64,000 bases of DNA, taken from a virus. Taxonomy: Duplodnaviria; Caudoviricetes. A model generated the notes under the pieces. That model saw only the letters and a program-made list of their open reading frames with translations. It was not told the DNA's origin and did no database searches. A program made the translations under genes and the position numbers. The DNA is taken from positions 6,881-70,880 of the IMG/VR virus record IMGVR_UViG_3300032282_005937. One strand, 5' to 3'. Shown one piece after another: positions 1 through 8,753 of this stretch. The stretch's first letter is position 1. Each line of letters starts with the position of its first letter.

Positions 1-66
1 GCAATCAACCACACAAATTGTTATGTCGTTTAAATTATTCAAAAAAGCTCCAATCAATTAAATAAT

Positions 67-94
67 TTGACAGATGCACGAATAGTAATATATT
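67..94 (+). promoter_or_regulatory. sigma70-like promoter (TTGACA-16nt-TATATT)
   Basis: Perfect -35 at 67-72 and TATATT at 89-94, followed by AAGGAG SD and ATG 119. Confidence 0.5.
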
Positions 95-118
95 ACAATT
101 TTAAAGGAGTTAATCAAG

Positions 119-328
119 ATGAAAGCTATAATAAAAGATTTTGTTGGAAATTATTTTTGCAGGGAACCAGAAGTTGGATTAACAAAAGTAAAAAGTAATG
201 CTTATATTTTTGATTGTTATAATGAAGAACACTCAAAATTAATATTAGAAAAAACAAAAATGTTTATATCTAATGATGATTTAACCTTAGAGTTTGTAGA
301 AATGACAGAAATAAATTTAAATTTTTAA
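119..328 (+). CDS. hypothetical protein
   Basis: 69-aa ORF with AAGGAG SD. Confidence 0.6.
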   Translation: MKAIIKDFVGNYFCREPEVGLTKVKSNAYIFDCYNEEHSKLILEKTKMFISNDDLTLEFVEMTEINLNF

Positions 329-337
329 AGGAAAAAA

Positions 338-808
338 ATGAACATATTTGTATTAGATAAAAATCCAAAACAAGCTGCTGAATGGCATATGGATAAACAC
401 ATAGTTAAAATGCCTTTGGAAACAGCACAAATTTTATGCACCATTCTTAATGGTCATGGCATTATGACACCTTATAAATCAACTCATATCAATCATCCAT
501 GCACACTTTGGGCAGGAAAAAGTATGGGCAATTTTATTTGGTTGTGCGAATTAGGAATACATCTGTGTGATGAGTATTATTACAGATATGAAAAAGAACA
601 CAAATGTAAAAAAATTATAGAGGAATGTTTGACATTTGCATGTAAAATACCAAATCTTGAAATGACAGAATTTGTTCAAGCTATGCCAGAAGAGATAAAA
701 TCAAAAAATCCAATAGAGTCATATAAAATGTATTATATAAAATTTAAATCACATATCGCAAAATGGAAAAAAAGAGACACACCAAATTGGTACAATGTAA
801 TACTATGA
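338..808 (+). CDS. pyrimidine dimer DNA glycosylase / endonuclease V family protein
   Basis: MNIFVLD..P...A....DKH.VKMPLE.AQ.L N-terminus, NHPCTLW and QAMP...K motifs typical of the family. Confidence 0.8.
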   Translation: MNIFVLDKNPKQAAEWHMDKHIVKMPLETAQILCTILNGHGIMTPYKSTHINHPCTLWAGKSMGNFIWLCELGIHLCDEYYYRYEKEHKCKKIIEECLTFACKIPNLEMTEFVQAMPEEIKSKNPIESYKMYYIKFKSHIAKWKKRDTPNWYNVIL

Positions 809-993
809 AAATTAAAAAAAATAGACAAAAAAAAGCCAGAAGAATAATGATATTGGCATCTATTAGAATGTCAAAAAGCATTGGTATAAAATTCAATAGA
901 TTTTGTATGGAAGATATACGAGATGTTTACATGGACATGTTTGGGGTAGATAGTTTAATTAGAAGATTTGATATAGCAAGTATTGTGGCTTAA
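805..993 (+). CDS. small basic hypothetical protein
   Basis: ATGA overlap with the upstream stop suggests a start at 805. Confidence 0.45.
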   Translation: MKIKKNRQKKARRIMILASIRMSKSIGIKFNRFCMEDIRDVYMDMFGVDSLIRRFDIASIVA

Positions 994-996
994 ACA

Positions 997-1389
997 CTAT
1001 TTTTTTGGAGATTTTGTTTTTATACCAACTTTATTATATTCACTACGCATTTTTGGATTATCATCTATAGCAAAAAGAACTTTTTCTTTAATGCTTTCAG
1101 CGTGTTTTTTCTTAGATTCATTTTGATCTTTTGGACCACCACCAATGTTATTCATCATCAATCGATTGTATTTGACTCCAGCCTTTTTAAGAGATTCTAC
1201 TGTGTCTTTCCTATCCTTTTCTGGTCTACCTGTTATTATATAGATTTTATTTTGTTTTGATAACTCATTAACATAATCGACCATTTTTTTAATTGGGTAT
1301 ATGCCATTACGCAAAATAGTGTTGTCAATATCGACAATAACTACATTTGCATTAGATAAGTACAGTTGTATATCTTCTGTTATACTCAT
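997..1389 (-). CDS. HAD-family phosphatase (polynucleotide kinase 3'-phosphatase-like)
   Basis: DIDNT motif I, ITGR motif II, K motif III, IDD motif IV. Confidence 0.8.
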   Translation of the reverse strand: MSITEDIQLYLSNANVVIVDIDNTILRNGIYPIKKMVDYVNELSKQNKIYIITGRPEKDRKDTVESLKKAGVKYNRLMMNNIGGGPKDQNESKKKHAESIKEKVLFAIDDNPKMRSEYNKVGIKTKSPKK

Positions 1390-1390
1390 A

Positions 1391-1828
1391 TTAACTTAGT
1401 GTAAGCAAATATTTTAGTTGAGAAAAAGAACTGAGCATTTCATCTCTTGTATTTAATAAATTTGTTTGTGTGATTGGATTTACATTTTTAGGTATTTCTA
1501 CAATAAGAAAGTTTTCTGCTTTAGAAATAAATGAAACAATTTCTTCTGGAGTATTATTAGATACAGAATACGAAGAAAATTGACCATGTGGCATTAAACC
1601 GTGTTCGCCTTGCCATTGTTCAATAAATTCATCAATGCTGTCAGATAAAGAATCGTAAGCTTCACCAAATGATTTGTGTTGAGCAAAGGATTTGGTATTC
1701 CAATGAAAAACTTTGAGTTGTGAAAGCAAAAATAAGAAATCTGACTGACTAATAGTAGCATCTGTTGCTACTTCAGCAGCTTTTGAAAAATAATTATAGA
1801 TTTGTTTTGTAAAATCTGTGTTTTTCAT
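1391..1828 (-). CDS. ferritin-like / Dps-like protein
   Basis: QLKVFHWNT...QH..FGEAYD.L.D.IDEFIE..QG and N.RDEML...QLKYLLTL four-helix pattern; AAGGAG SD. Confidence 0.75.
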   Translation of the reverse strand: MKNTDFTKQIYNYFSKAAEVATDATISQSDFLFLLSQLKVFHWNTKSFAQHKSFGEAYDSLSDSIDEFIEQWQGEHGLMPHGQFSSYSVSNNTPEEIVSFISKAENFLIVEIPKNVNPITQTNLLNTRDEMLSSFSQLKYLLTLS

Positions 1829-1841
1829 AATATCTCCTTAC

Positions 1842-1854
1842 TATAAGGTACACC
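1842..1854 (-). promoter_or_regulatory. GGTGTA-type putative phage promoter
   Basis: GGTGTACCTTATA just upstream of the SD of the 1828 gene; motif recurs elsewhere. Confidence 0.4.
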
Positions 1855-1871
1855 AAAATAAATTTTTAAAA

Positions 1872-2693
1872 TTACCAATCAATATTTTCATAAAAATAAT
1901 TTGCCGATACACTGTTTATACTATAATAAAGACATCTTTTATGAATCCATTCTTTTAACTTAGCTTTATCTTTTTCTAAAATTGCATTTTTTCTTAATTG
2001 ATCATATTTTTTTTCTTCAAAAGAATAATTTCTTGCATCTTGATAGTGAAAAGAAAAAACTTTAAAATTTTTAATTTTTATATAAGTGCTTAAAAATCTT
2101 TCGTGTATAAACGGAAAAAAATTCAAAGAGTTATCTTTGTAATATCCCATTGAAGAATTGTGAATTTCTTTAGTTGCTTCATCTAATTTATCTAATGCAT
2201 CAAAATATTTTAAAAAAAAATCATTGTATCCATCCCAAAATGTTTTATTTGCAACAAAATAACAACAGTAAAACATATCGTCAGTATTCATTGGTTCATA
2301 TAAATGTTTTAAATCTATTTTTAATAATGGAAAAATTTTTTCCATAACCTTGATTGTTTTTTGATTAATAGAATAGAAGTTTTCCCATATATTGTACCAA
2401 CAAGCTGAGGCAGTATAAAATGGGTTAAAAAAATATATGTCATAACCTTCATTTTTTTTTATTTTATTTATAATTTCTATGCCATGAATGTTCATTTTTG
2501 ATTTATAATTAATGCTAAACGAACCCCAAAAATCCAATTTTTCTGCAACAGATTTTTCATAGCATATTTTATTTAAATAATATTCTCTTAATTCTGGTTT
2601 TAAATTTTTTGTATTGTCTATTTTTTCAAATGATTTATCTACAAGATTTTCTTGATCTTTGTTATAAAAACATTGATATATTTTAATGTTCAA
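1872..2693 (-). CDS. putative glycosyltransferase-associated protein
   Basis: IYQCFY...DNT.N..PELREY, CCYFVA...FW and FIHERF motifs; divergent from the glycan cassette; TTG start. Confidence 0.5.
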   Translation of the reverse strand: MNIKIYQCFYNKDQENLVDKSFEKIDNTKNLKPELREYYLNKICYEKSVAEKLDFWGSFSINYKSKMNIHGIEIINKIKKNEGYDIYFFNPFYTASACWYNIWENFYSINQKTIKVMEKIFPLLKIDLKHLYEPMNTDDMFYCCYFVANKTFWDGYNDFFLKYFDALDKLDEATKEIHNSSMGYYKDNSLNFFPFIHERFLSTYIKIKNFKVFSFHYQDARNYSFEEKKYDQLRKNAILEKDKAKLKEWIHKRCLYYSINSVSANYFYENIDW

Positions 2694-2751
2694 ATGAATG
2701 CCTTTATATTCAAATGCATAAAAAATAAATTCATTAGCAGACTACTTTATA

Positions 2752-2764
2752 GGTGTATTTATAT
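2752..2764 (+). promoter_or_regulatory. GGTGTAT-type putative phage promoter
   Basis: GGTGTATTTATAT 25 nt before ATG 2777. Confidence 0.5.
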
Positions 2765-2776
2765 CAAGGGTGAAAA

Positions 2777-3358
2777 ATGAAATTAAATATAGTTACAGTT
2801 TTATTTAGAAAAAATTTACTAGAAAAACAAATGGAATCTATTCCTAAAAAAAAAGATATAAATTGGATTATTTGTAAAACTAAAAATTGGGGAGAAATAC
2901 CAAAATCAATAACTGAAAATAAAAATATATATTTAACAATAATTTCTGAAGTTGATTGTGAAGAAAATAGGGAAAATTTTGTAACAAAAATAAATCAAGG
3001 TTTATCTTTAGTAGAAGATGGTTTTTTTTGTATACTAGATGATGATAACATTATACATCCTGACATGTATGAAATTTACAATAATGAAAAACACAATTAT
3101 GAAATGATTGTTGGAAAACAAATAAGAAAAAACGGAAAAATTTATTTAGACCCAAATTATCCAAGGCAAGATTTTGTAGATATGGGAAATGTTATTTGCA
3201 CTACAAGAATTTTAAATAGTGTAAAATATTTTAATAAAATTGATAAGAACCATACATCATATGATGGACAATTTTGGTCGTTATGTTTTTCAAATCTAGA
3301 CAAGGAAAGAGTTGCTTTAATAAAAAAACCAATGTTTTATTATAATGGATTAAGATAA
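2777..3358 (+). CDS. GT-A fold (GT2-like) glycosyltransferase
   Basis: N-terminal IVTV..R, FCILDDDNIIHP (DxD region), DGQF, YYN ending. Confidence 0.7.
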   Translation: MKLNIVTVLFRKNLLEKQMESIPKKKDINWIICKTKNWGEIPKSITENKNIYLTIISEVDCEENRENFVTKINQGLSLVEDGFFCILDDDNIIHPDMYEIYNNEKHNYEMIVGKQIRKNGKIYLDPNYPRQDFVDMGNVICTTRILNSVKYFNKIDKNHTSYDGQFWSLCFSNLDKERVALIKKPMFYYNGLR

Positions 3359-3969
3359 TGGCTATAGGTGTTCATAAAATAACAGAAGATTTTGAAAAAT
3401 TGATATGTGATTATACAAAATCGCCCTATTGTGTAGCCACTGATAATTGCAGTAATGCTTTATTTTTGGCACTTTTATACGAAGGAATTAAAGATAAAAA
3501 AATAGGCATACCATGTAGAACATACCCATCTGTTCCGTGTGAAATAATTCATGCTGGTGGAAAAGTAGAATTTTATGAAGTTGAAGGAAAAATAAAAGGT
3601 GAATATCAACTATTGGGCACAAAGGTATTTGATAGTGCTTTGAGATTCACATCTAATATGTACAGAAAAGGATTTACTCAGTGCCTTTCTTTTAGTGGTC
3701 CTCATAAGCATTTAAAGCTTGGCAAAGGTGGGATGATATTAACTGACAGCTTAGAAGCTTCCCAGTGGTATAAAAAAGCAAGATTTAGTGGAAGAGGCGA
3801 ATGCAGTTATCACGATGACATATTCACAATGACAGGCTGGAATTTTTATATGCTTCCAGAAATTGCTGCTAAAGGAATTGGTCTTATGGCTGGAATTAAA
3901 GAACATAATGAGGATTTAGAACTATTATATCCTGATTTAAGTAAATTTGAAATATATAAAGGGGAATAA
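3358..3969 (+). CDS. short DegT/DnrJ/EryC1/StrS-family sugar aminotransferase
   Basis: FE...DY....CVA.DNCSNAL.LAL, DSA, SF...K.L.LGKGGMILTD (PLP Lys), GWNFYM. Confidence 0.8.
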   Translation: MAIGVHKITEDFEKLICDYTKSPYCVATDNCSNALFLALLYEGIKDKKIGIPCRTYPSVPCEIIHAGGKVEFYEVEGKIKGEYQLLGTKVFDSALRFTSNMYRKGFTQCLSFSGPHKHLKLGKGGMILTDSLEASQWYKKARFSGRGECSYHDDIFTMTGWNFYMLPEIAAKGIGLMAGIKEHNEDLELLYPDLSKFEIYKGE

Positions 3970-3970
3970 A

Positions 3971-4531
3971 ATGGAGTATGGAGAAACAATTGTTGTAAAA
4001 GAAAAGGTAGATAAATTAAAAGAATTATTAAAATCTGTAAAAGACCTAGATGGTGATGTAGTAGAAATAGGCGTTTATTTTGGTGGAACAGCATTAGAAA
4101 TAGCAAAAATAGAAAACAAAAATACCATTCATATTTTTGATACATTTAATGGGATGCCTAATTTTTCAGAAGAAAAAGATAAAAAATGGGCAATAGGAAG
4201 TTTTAAAGGTGCAGATTTTGAAAAAATAAAAAATTTGTTTTTAAGTTACGACAATGTAAAAATATATGATGGCATATTTCCAAATGAAACATTTGAAAAT
4301 ATAAAAAATATTAAATTAAAATTTGTTCATATAGATGTTGATAATTATCAGTCTTATAAAGATTCTTTGTCTGCAATTTATGAAAATGTTGTTGAAAATG
4401 GAATCATTGTTTTTGACGATTATAATGAATCATGCTGTCCTGGTGCAAATTTAGCAATAAATGAATTTTTTGAAAATAAAGAAAGAATAATTTTTGATAA
4501 TACATACTATATAATTAAAGGAAGTTTATAA
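3971..4531 (+). CDS. TylF/MycF/NovP-like O-methyltransferase
   Basis: GDVVEIGVY.GG, FDTF.GMP, G.F.ET, HIDVD.Y.S, GIIVFDDY...PG. Confidence 0.85.
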   Translation: MEYGETIVVKEKVDKLKELLKSVKDLDGDVVEIGVYFGGTALEIAKIENKNTIHIFDTFNGMPNFSEEKDKKWAIGSFKGADFEKIKNLFLSYDNVKIYDGIFPNETFENIKNIKLKFVHIDVDNYQSYKDSLSAIYENVVENGIIVFDDYNESCCPGANLAINEFFENKERIIFDNTYYIIKGSL

Positions 4532-4532
4532 T

Positions 4533-5144
4533 ATGCAAACTGAAAATTCTTTAGAAATAGTTAGAAAAATAACCAAAACAGTTCCAAGCTTTCATCATCA
4601 CTATCATATTCTTTATGATCTTGCCAATACTATAGAAAAAGAAAAAATAACATATCTTGAAATAGGTGCATATGGTGGTGCATCTGCAATACTTATGCTC
4701 CATAATGAAAAAGTAAAAAAAGTTTTTTCAATTGATATAGGTCATCCTATAAAAGAAAAAACTGTATTAAAAAATGTTTCTGATTTTTTTAAAGACGATA
4801 GATATAATTATATTGTTGGAGATTCTGCAAACAATAAAGTAAAAGAATCCCTTTTAAGTAAAACAAAAGAAGTAGACATTCTTTTTATAGATGGTAGTCA
4901 CGAATACAACTATGTTTTAAAAGATTTTGAAAATTATTCACCTATTGTTAGTAAGGGTGGATTTATAGTATTTGATGATTATAATTGCAATATTTGCACA
5001 CAAGTTAAACCAGCAGTTAATGAAATAGTTAAAAAAATAAATGAAAAAGATTTTATAATAATTGGAACATTAAAAAATGTTTGTAATGCTCACCCAAAAG
5101 AATTTGAAGATGGGAATTGTTTTATAATTCAAAAGGTTGTGTGA
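4533..5144 (+). CDS. class I SAM-dependent methyltransferase (Methyltransf_24-like)
   Basis: YLEIGAYGGAS, GDS, DILFIDGSH.Y..V..DF, GGFIVFDDY. Confidence 0.85.
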   Translation: MQTENSLEIVRKITKTVPSFHHHYHILYDLANTIEKEKITYLEIGAYGGASAILMLHNEKVKKVFSIDIGHPIKEKTVLKNVSDFFKDDRYNYIVGDSANNKVKESLLSKTKEVDILFIDGSHEYNYVLKDFENYSPIVSKGGFIVFDDYNCNICTQVKPAVNEIVKKINEKDFIIIGTLKNVCNAHPKEFEDGNCFIIQKVV

Positions 5145-5145
5145 A

Positions 5146-5856
5146 ATGATAACAGTATATGGCCTTTGTTATAGAATATTAGACTACGCAAAAAAAACCG
5201 TTGATCGATTAAGGGAAACAGCTTCAGAAGATTTTAATTTTGTTTGCATAGAATCAAAATCTTGTAATTCTGAAAAATTTTTACCTTGGGCACTAGAAGA
5301 ATTAAAAAATAAAAAAATACAAAGATTTCTTGCGTGTACAACAAATTGTAGATTATATGGATTTAGATATGCTCTTGAAAATTTTCCACCAGATGATTCT
5401 GAAGATTTTTTTGTTTTAACAGAACTAGATGTGTTAGTTCCAAAAAATGTTGACTGGATAAAAGAAATAAGAAAAAAAATGGAAAAAAATGTAATTTCTG
5501 GATTTACTTTGAGTAGTGAAAACTATGTTAAACCAAATACTGGATGGAATGAAAAAGAAAACATTGAAAACAAAAATTTTGGAGTTTGGTTAATGGCTAT
5601 TAAAAAAAATATATTATTAGAAGGACTTAAAACATTAAAGGGCGAATTAACAGATGTTAAAATTTTATCTTTTATGTCAAAAAATGGAAAAAAAGATATT
5701 ATAGATCAAAAACTTTATCACTTAGGTTGGAATTCGTGGAAAGATGATCCTGATTATTGGGATTACAAATTAAAAACTATGGATAGATGGCAAACCAAAA
5801 AATGTAAAAGTGAAGAATCTATAATTACAGAATTTAAAAATTACGAAAACATATAA
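5146..5856 (+). CDS. putative GT-A glycosyltransferase, tandem paralog 1
   Basis: FVLTELD (ExD), LYHLGW; paralog of the next gene. Confidence 0.55.
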   Translation: MITVYGLCYRILDYAKKTVDRLRETASEDFNFVCIESKSCNSEKFLPWALEELKNKKIQRFLACTTNCRLYGFRYALENFPPDDSEDFFVLTELDVLVPKNVDWIKEIRKKMEKNVISGFTLSSENYVKPNTGWNEKENIENKNFGVWLMAIKKNILLEGLKTLKGELTDVKILSFMSKNGKKDIIDQKLYHLGWNSWKDDPDYWDYKLKTMDRWQTKKCKSEESIITEFKNYENI

Positions 5857-6240
5857 ATTTAAAAGGTAACATGAAATGATAACTGTGTATGGTATTTGCT
5901 ATAGAATATTAGATTATGCAGAAAAAACAGTAGATAGACTAAGAAAAACAGCTTCAGAAGATTTTAATCTTATTTGTGTAGAGTCAAAATCTTGTAATTC
6001 TGAAAAATTTCTTCCTTGGGCATTAAAAGAATTAGAAAACAAAAAAATACAAATGTTTATAGCATCAAGCACAAATTGTCGTGGCTATGGATTAAAATGG
6101 GCTGTTGAAAATTTTCCACCTGATGACTCTGAAGATTTTTTTGTTTTAACAGATTTAGATCTTTTGGTTCCAAAAAATGTTGATTGGATAAAAGAAATAA
6201 GAAAAAAAATGGAAAAAAATGTAATTTCTGGATTTACTTT
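5455..6240 (+). repeat. direct repeat from tandem gene duplication (56-bp identical block 5455-5510 = 6185-6240; period 730)
   Basis: Identical TGGATAAAAGAAATAAG...GGATTTACTTT in both copies. Confidence 0.9.
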
Positions 6241-6583
6241 AAGTAATGAAAATTATGTTCATCCAAATTCTGGATGGAATGAAAACCAAAATATATCAAA
6301 AAAATTATTTGGGGTATGGCTTATGTCAGTAAAAACACAGATTTTTTTAAACATATATCAAAATAAAAATATTAATTTAATAGATTCAGACATTATTTCA
6401 AGCATGACTAACTATGGGGATAAAGATATAATTGATTCTAAATTGTATCATCTTGGATGGAACTCATGGAAAGACGATGAATCTTATTGGAATGATAAAA
6501 TAACTAAAAATAATTGGGATTCAAGAAAAGATGTTGACGAAACTGATGAAGTTCCAATATTTAAGGTATATAAAAACAAATGA
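5876..6583 (+). CDS. putative GT-A glycosyltransferase, tandem paralog 2
   Basis: FVLTDLD (DxD), LYHLGW; paralog of the previous gene. Confidence 0.55.
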   Translation: MITVYGICYRILDYAEKTVDRLRKTASEDFNLICVESKSCNSEKFLPWALKELENKKIQMFIASSTNCRGYGLKWAVENFPPDDSEDFFVLTDLDLLVPKNVDWIKEIRKKMEKNVISGFTLSNENYVHPNSGWNENQNISKKLFGVWLMSVKTQIFLNIYQNKNINLIDSDIISSMTNYGDKDIIDSKLYHLGWNSWKDDESYWNDKITKNNWDSRKDVDETDEVPIFKVYKNK

Positions 6584-7842
6584 ATATAAACATATTAATA
6601 TTCCCATGCGGTTCAGAAATAGCATTAGAAGTTTTTGAATCTTTAAAACATAAAAAAAATATTGTTTTATTTGGTGGAAATAGCACAAAAGATCATGGAG
6701 TATTTACTTTTAAAAATTACTTTGGAGATTTTCCTTTTGTAAAAGATAAAAATTTTATAGAATTTGTTTCTTGTTTTGTTAAAAAAAATAAAATTGATTT
6801 TATATATCCGTGTACAGATTATACATTAGATTTTTTAAAAAAAAATGAAGAAAAAATAGGTTGTAAAGTTTTAACATCTTGCAAAGAAACAACATCTTTG
6901 TGTTTGTCTAAAGAAAAAACATACGAGTTTTTTAAAAAAATAATTAAAACACCAAGAGTATTTAAATCTTTTCAAAAAGTAAAAAAGTTTCCAGTATATA
7001 TAAAACCAAAAATAGGATATGGATCTAGAGATAATTTTAAAATTAACTCAAAGACACAATTAAAATCATTGTTTACTAAAGACCATTTAATTTTAGAGTA
7101 TCTTTCTGGAGATGAATATACGGTTGATTGTTTTACAAACAATGTTGGAGAATTAATTTTTATAAACCCTAGAGAAAGATCAAGAATTTCAAATGGTATA
7201 AGTACAAACTCTATTCTATTTAAAGATAAAAAAATTGAAGAAATTGCAAACAAAATTAACTCAAACATAAAACTTAATGGAAGTTGGTTTTTTCAATTGA
7301 AAAAAAATAACAAAGAACAATATGTTTTACTAGAAATAGCATCAAGAATAGCTGGATCTTCAGCAATATCTAGGTACTTAGGTGTAAATCTTGCAGAATT
7401 AACAATTTTAAATGAAACATCAAATGGTTTATTGATAAACACAAATAACTTTAATATAGAGACTGACAGATCATTAAAAACAAAAGCAAAAGTGAACATA
7501 GATTACGATTATGTATACATAGATCTTGATGATACAATAATAGTAAATAAAAAAATAAATACGGACTTAATAAAAATTATATATCAATTTATAAACAACA
7601 ACAAAAAAATTGTGCTTATAACAAAACATAAAAACGATTTAACCAAAACATTAAAAAAATATAAAATACAAAACTTGTTTAATGAAATAATACACTTAAA
7701 CTCAAATGATGAAAAATACAAATACATCATGCAAAAAAGTAGTATTTTCATAGATGATTCATTTTCAGAAAGATTTAAAATTAAAAATTATTTAGGAATC
7801 CCCACATTTTGTGTTAATTCTGTAAATTGTTTAATAGATTAA
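6580..7842 (+). CDS. ATP-grasp protein with C-terminal HAD-like domain
   Basis: FPVYIKP..G.GS, EYL.G.EYTVD, FFQ...LLEI..R..G; C-terminal IDLDDT, LITK, FIDDSF.ER. Confidence 0.8.
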   Translation: MNINILIFPCGSEIALEVFESLKHKKNIVLFGGNSTKDHGVFTFKNYFGDFPFVKDKNFIEFVSCFVKKNKIDFIYPCTDYTLDFLKKNEEKIGCKVLTSCKETTSLCLSKEKTYEFFKKIIKTPRVFKSFQKVKKFPVYIKPKIGYGSRDNFKINSKTQLKSLFTKDHLILEYLSGDEYTVDCFTNNVGELIFINPRERSRISNGISTNSILFKDKKIEEIANKINSNIKLNGSWFFQLKKNNKEQYVLLEIASRIAGSSAISRYLGVNLAELTILNETSNGLLINTNNFNIETDRSLKTKAKVNIDYDYVYIDLDDTIIVNKKINTDLIKIIYQFINNNKKIVLITKHKNDLTKTLKKYKIQNLFNEIIHLNSNDEKYKYIMQKSSIFIDDSFSERFKIKNYLGIPTFCVNSVNCLID

Positions 7843-7867
7843 ATAAAATTTATTACATTGAGATTTT

Positions 7868-8143
7868 ATGAAATATCTTTATGAAATATGGGTACGCATA
7901 GAAGAAAAAAATAAAAAAAATAAAGCTTCTATAGATAAGAATGGAAGTTGTTGCATTGCATTATGTGCTTCATCAAACAAGGAAGCTCTCCTTCTTTTGC
8001 AAGAAGTACTTTTAAGTTGTGATAATAGGCCGATAGGAAATAAAAAGAAAATAAAGCACTTTAGGTTGAAAGACAGTTGCTCTAAGTATATATTTCTTCT
8101 GTGTAAGGAAAATGTCGAAAGTTATAAAAGAGCATGTGATTAA
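7868..8143 (+). CDS. hypothetical protein
   Basis: 91-aa ORF, no recognised motif. Confidence 0.4.
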   Translation: MKYLYEIWVRIEEKNKKNKASIDKNGSCCIALCASSNKEALLLLQEVLLSCDNRPIGNKKKIKHFRLKDSCSKYIFLLCKENVESYKRACD

Positions 8144-8147
8144 AAGC

Positions 8148-8439
8148 AACTGCGTTAACAATTCAAGCATACGGTTCTTCCGCAGTTTTTATACCGAAAT
8201 GAATCACATCACCAGGGGATAACCCCAAGGATTGCCAGAGAGTAGCCAAACTCTCAACAGGGTGGCACGAAATAGTTTAGAAAGATTATTATACTAGAAT
8301 TTGAGTGACCACTTCTCATACTAGACCTGATACTTTACAAGTACCTTCTTTCTAATGTCCTATTTGGTCAAAATTTTATAACAAACTGCTAGTTCTAGGA
8401 ACTTGCTGGTAGTAGTACTATCAGGGAGAAGAAGTGGCC
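8148..8439. ncRNA. candidate structured non-coding element
   Basis: Intergenic, GC-enriched, several nested stems (see findings); family not recognised. Confidence 0.35.
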
Positions 8440-8445
8440 TATTGA

Positions 8446-8730
8446 TTATAACAAGTCTGCTGCTATATCAGAAAAAAACCAAACAACACTTTTTTCAATA
8501 AAACCTTTAGAATTAAAATCGTTTGCGTTTTTTCCAAGTATTGATAGCAATGAAATAAATTCTGATTCTGATATAATTCGATTTAAATAAGATTTTCTTG
8601 TTATTTTTAACAGTAAATCAAAAGTTTCATTTGAACAAATGTTGTTTTTTGAGATAGAATTAAGTATTGCTGTTGAGTTTGAAAGTTTTTTTGTTAACTT
8701 TTTACAAGCATAAGTTATTCTATTTTTCAA
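8446..8730 (-). CDS. hypothetical protein
   Basis: 94-aa ORF with TTG start; weak support. Confidence 0.35.
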   Translation of the reverse strand: MKNRITYACKKLTKKLSNSTAILNSISKNNICSNETFDLLLKITRKSYLNRIISESEFISLLSILGKNANDFNSKGFIEKSVVWFFSDIAADLL

Positions 8731-8753
8731 AGTTATTTTCCTTGAGGTTTATA

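Noticed and set aside
2756-2763. T4-type late promoter TATAAATA on the minus strand
   Set aside because: It is the reverse complement of part of the GGTGTATTTATA motif; other copies are oriented with the downstream gene and lack a matching antisense gene.
5146-6583. Duplicated region as a DGR template/variable pair
   Set aside because: Both copies are full ORFs and the differences are not restricted to adenines.
8148-8439. tRNA, tmRNA or hammerhead ribozyme
   Set aside because: No cloverleaf or T-loop, no tmRNA termini, and CTGATAC does not match the CUGANGA core.
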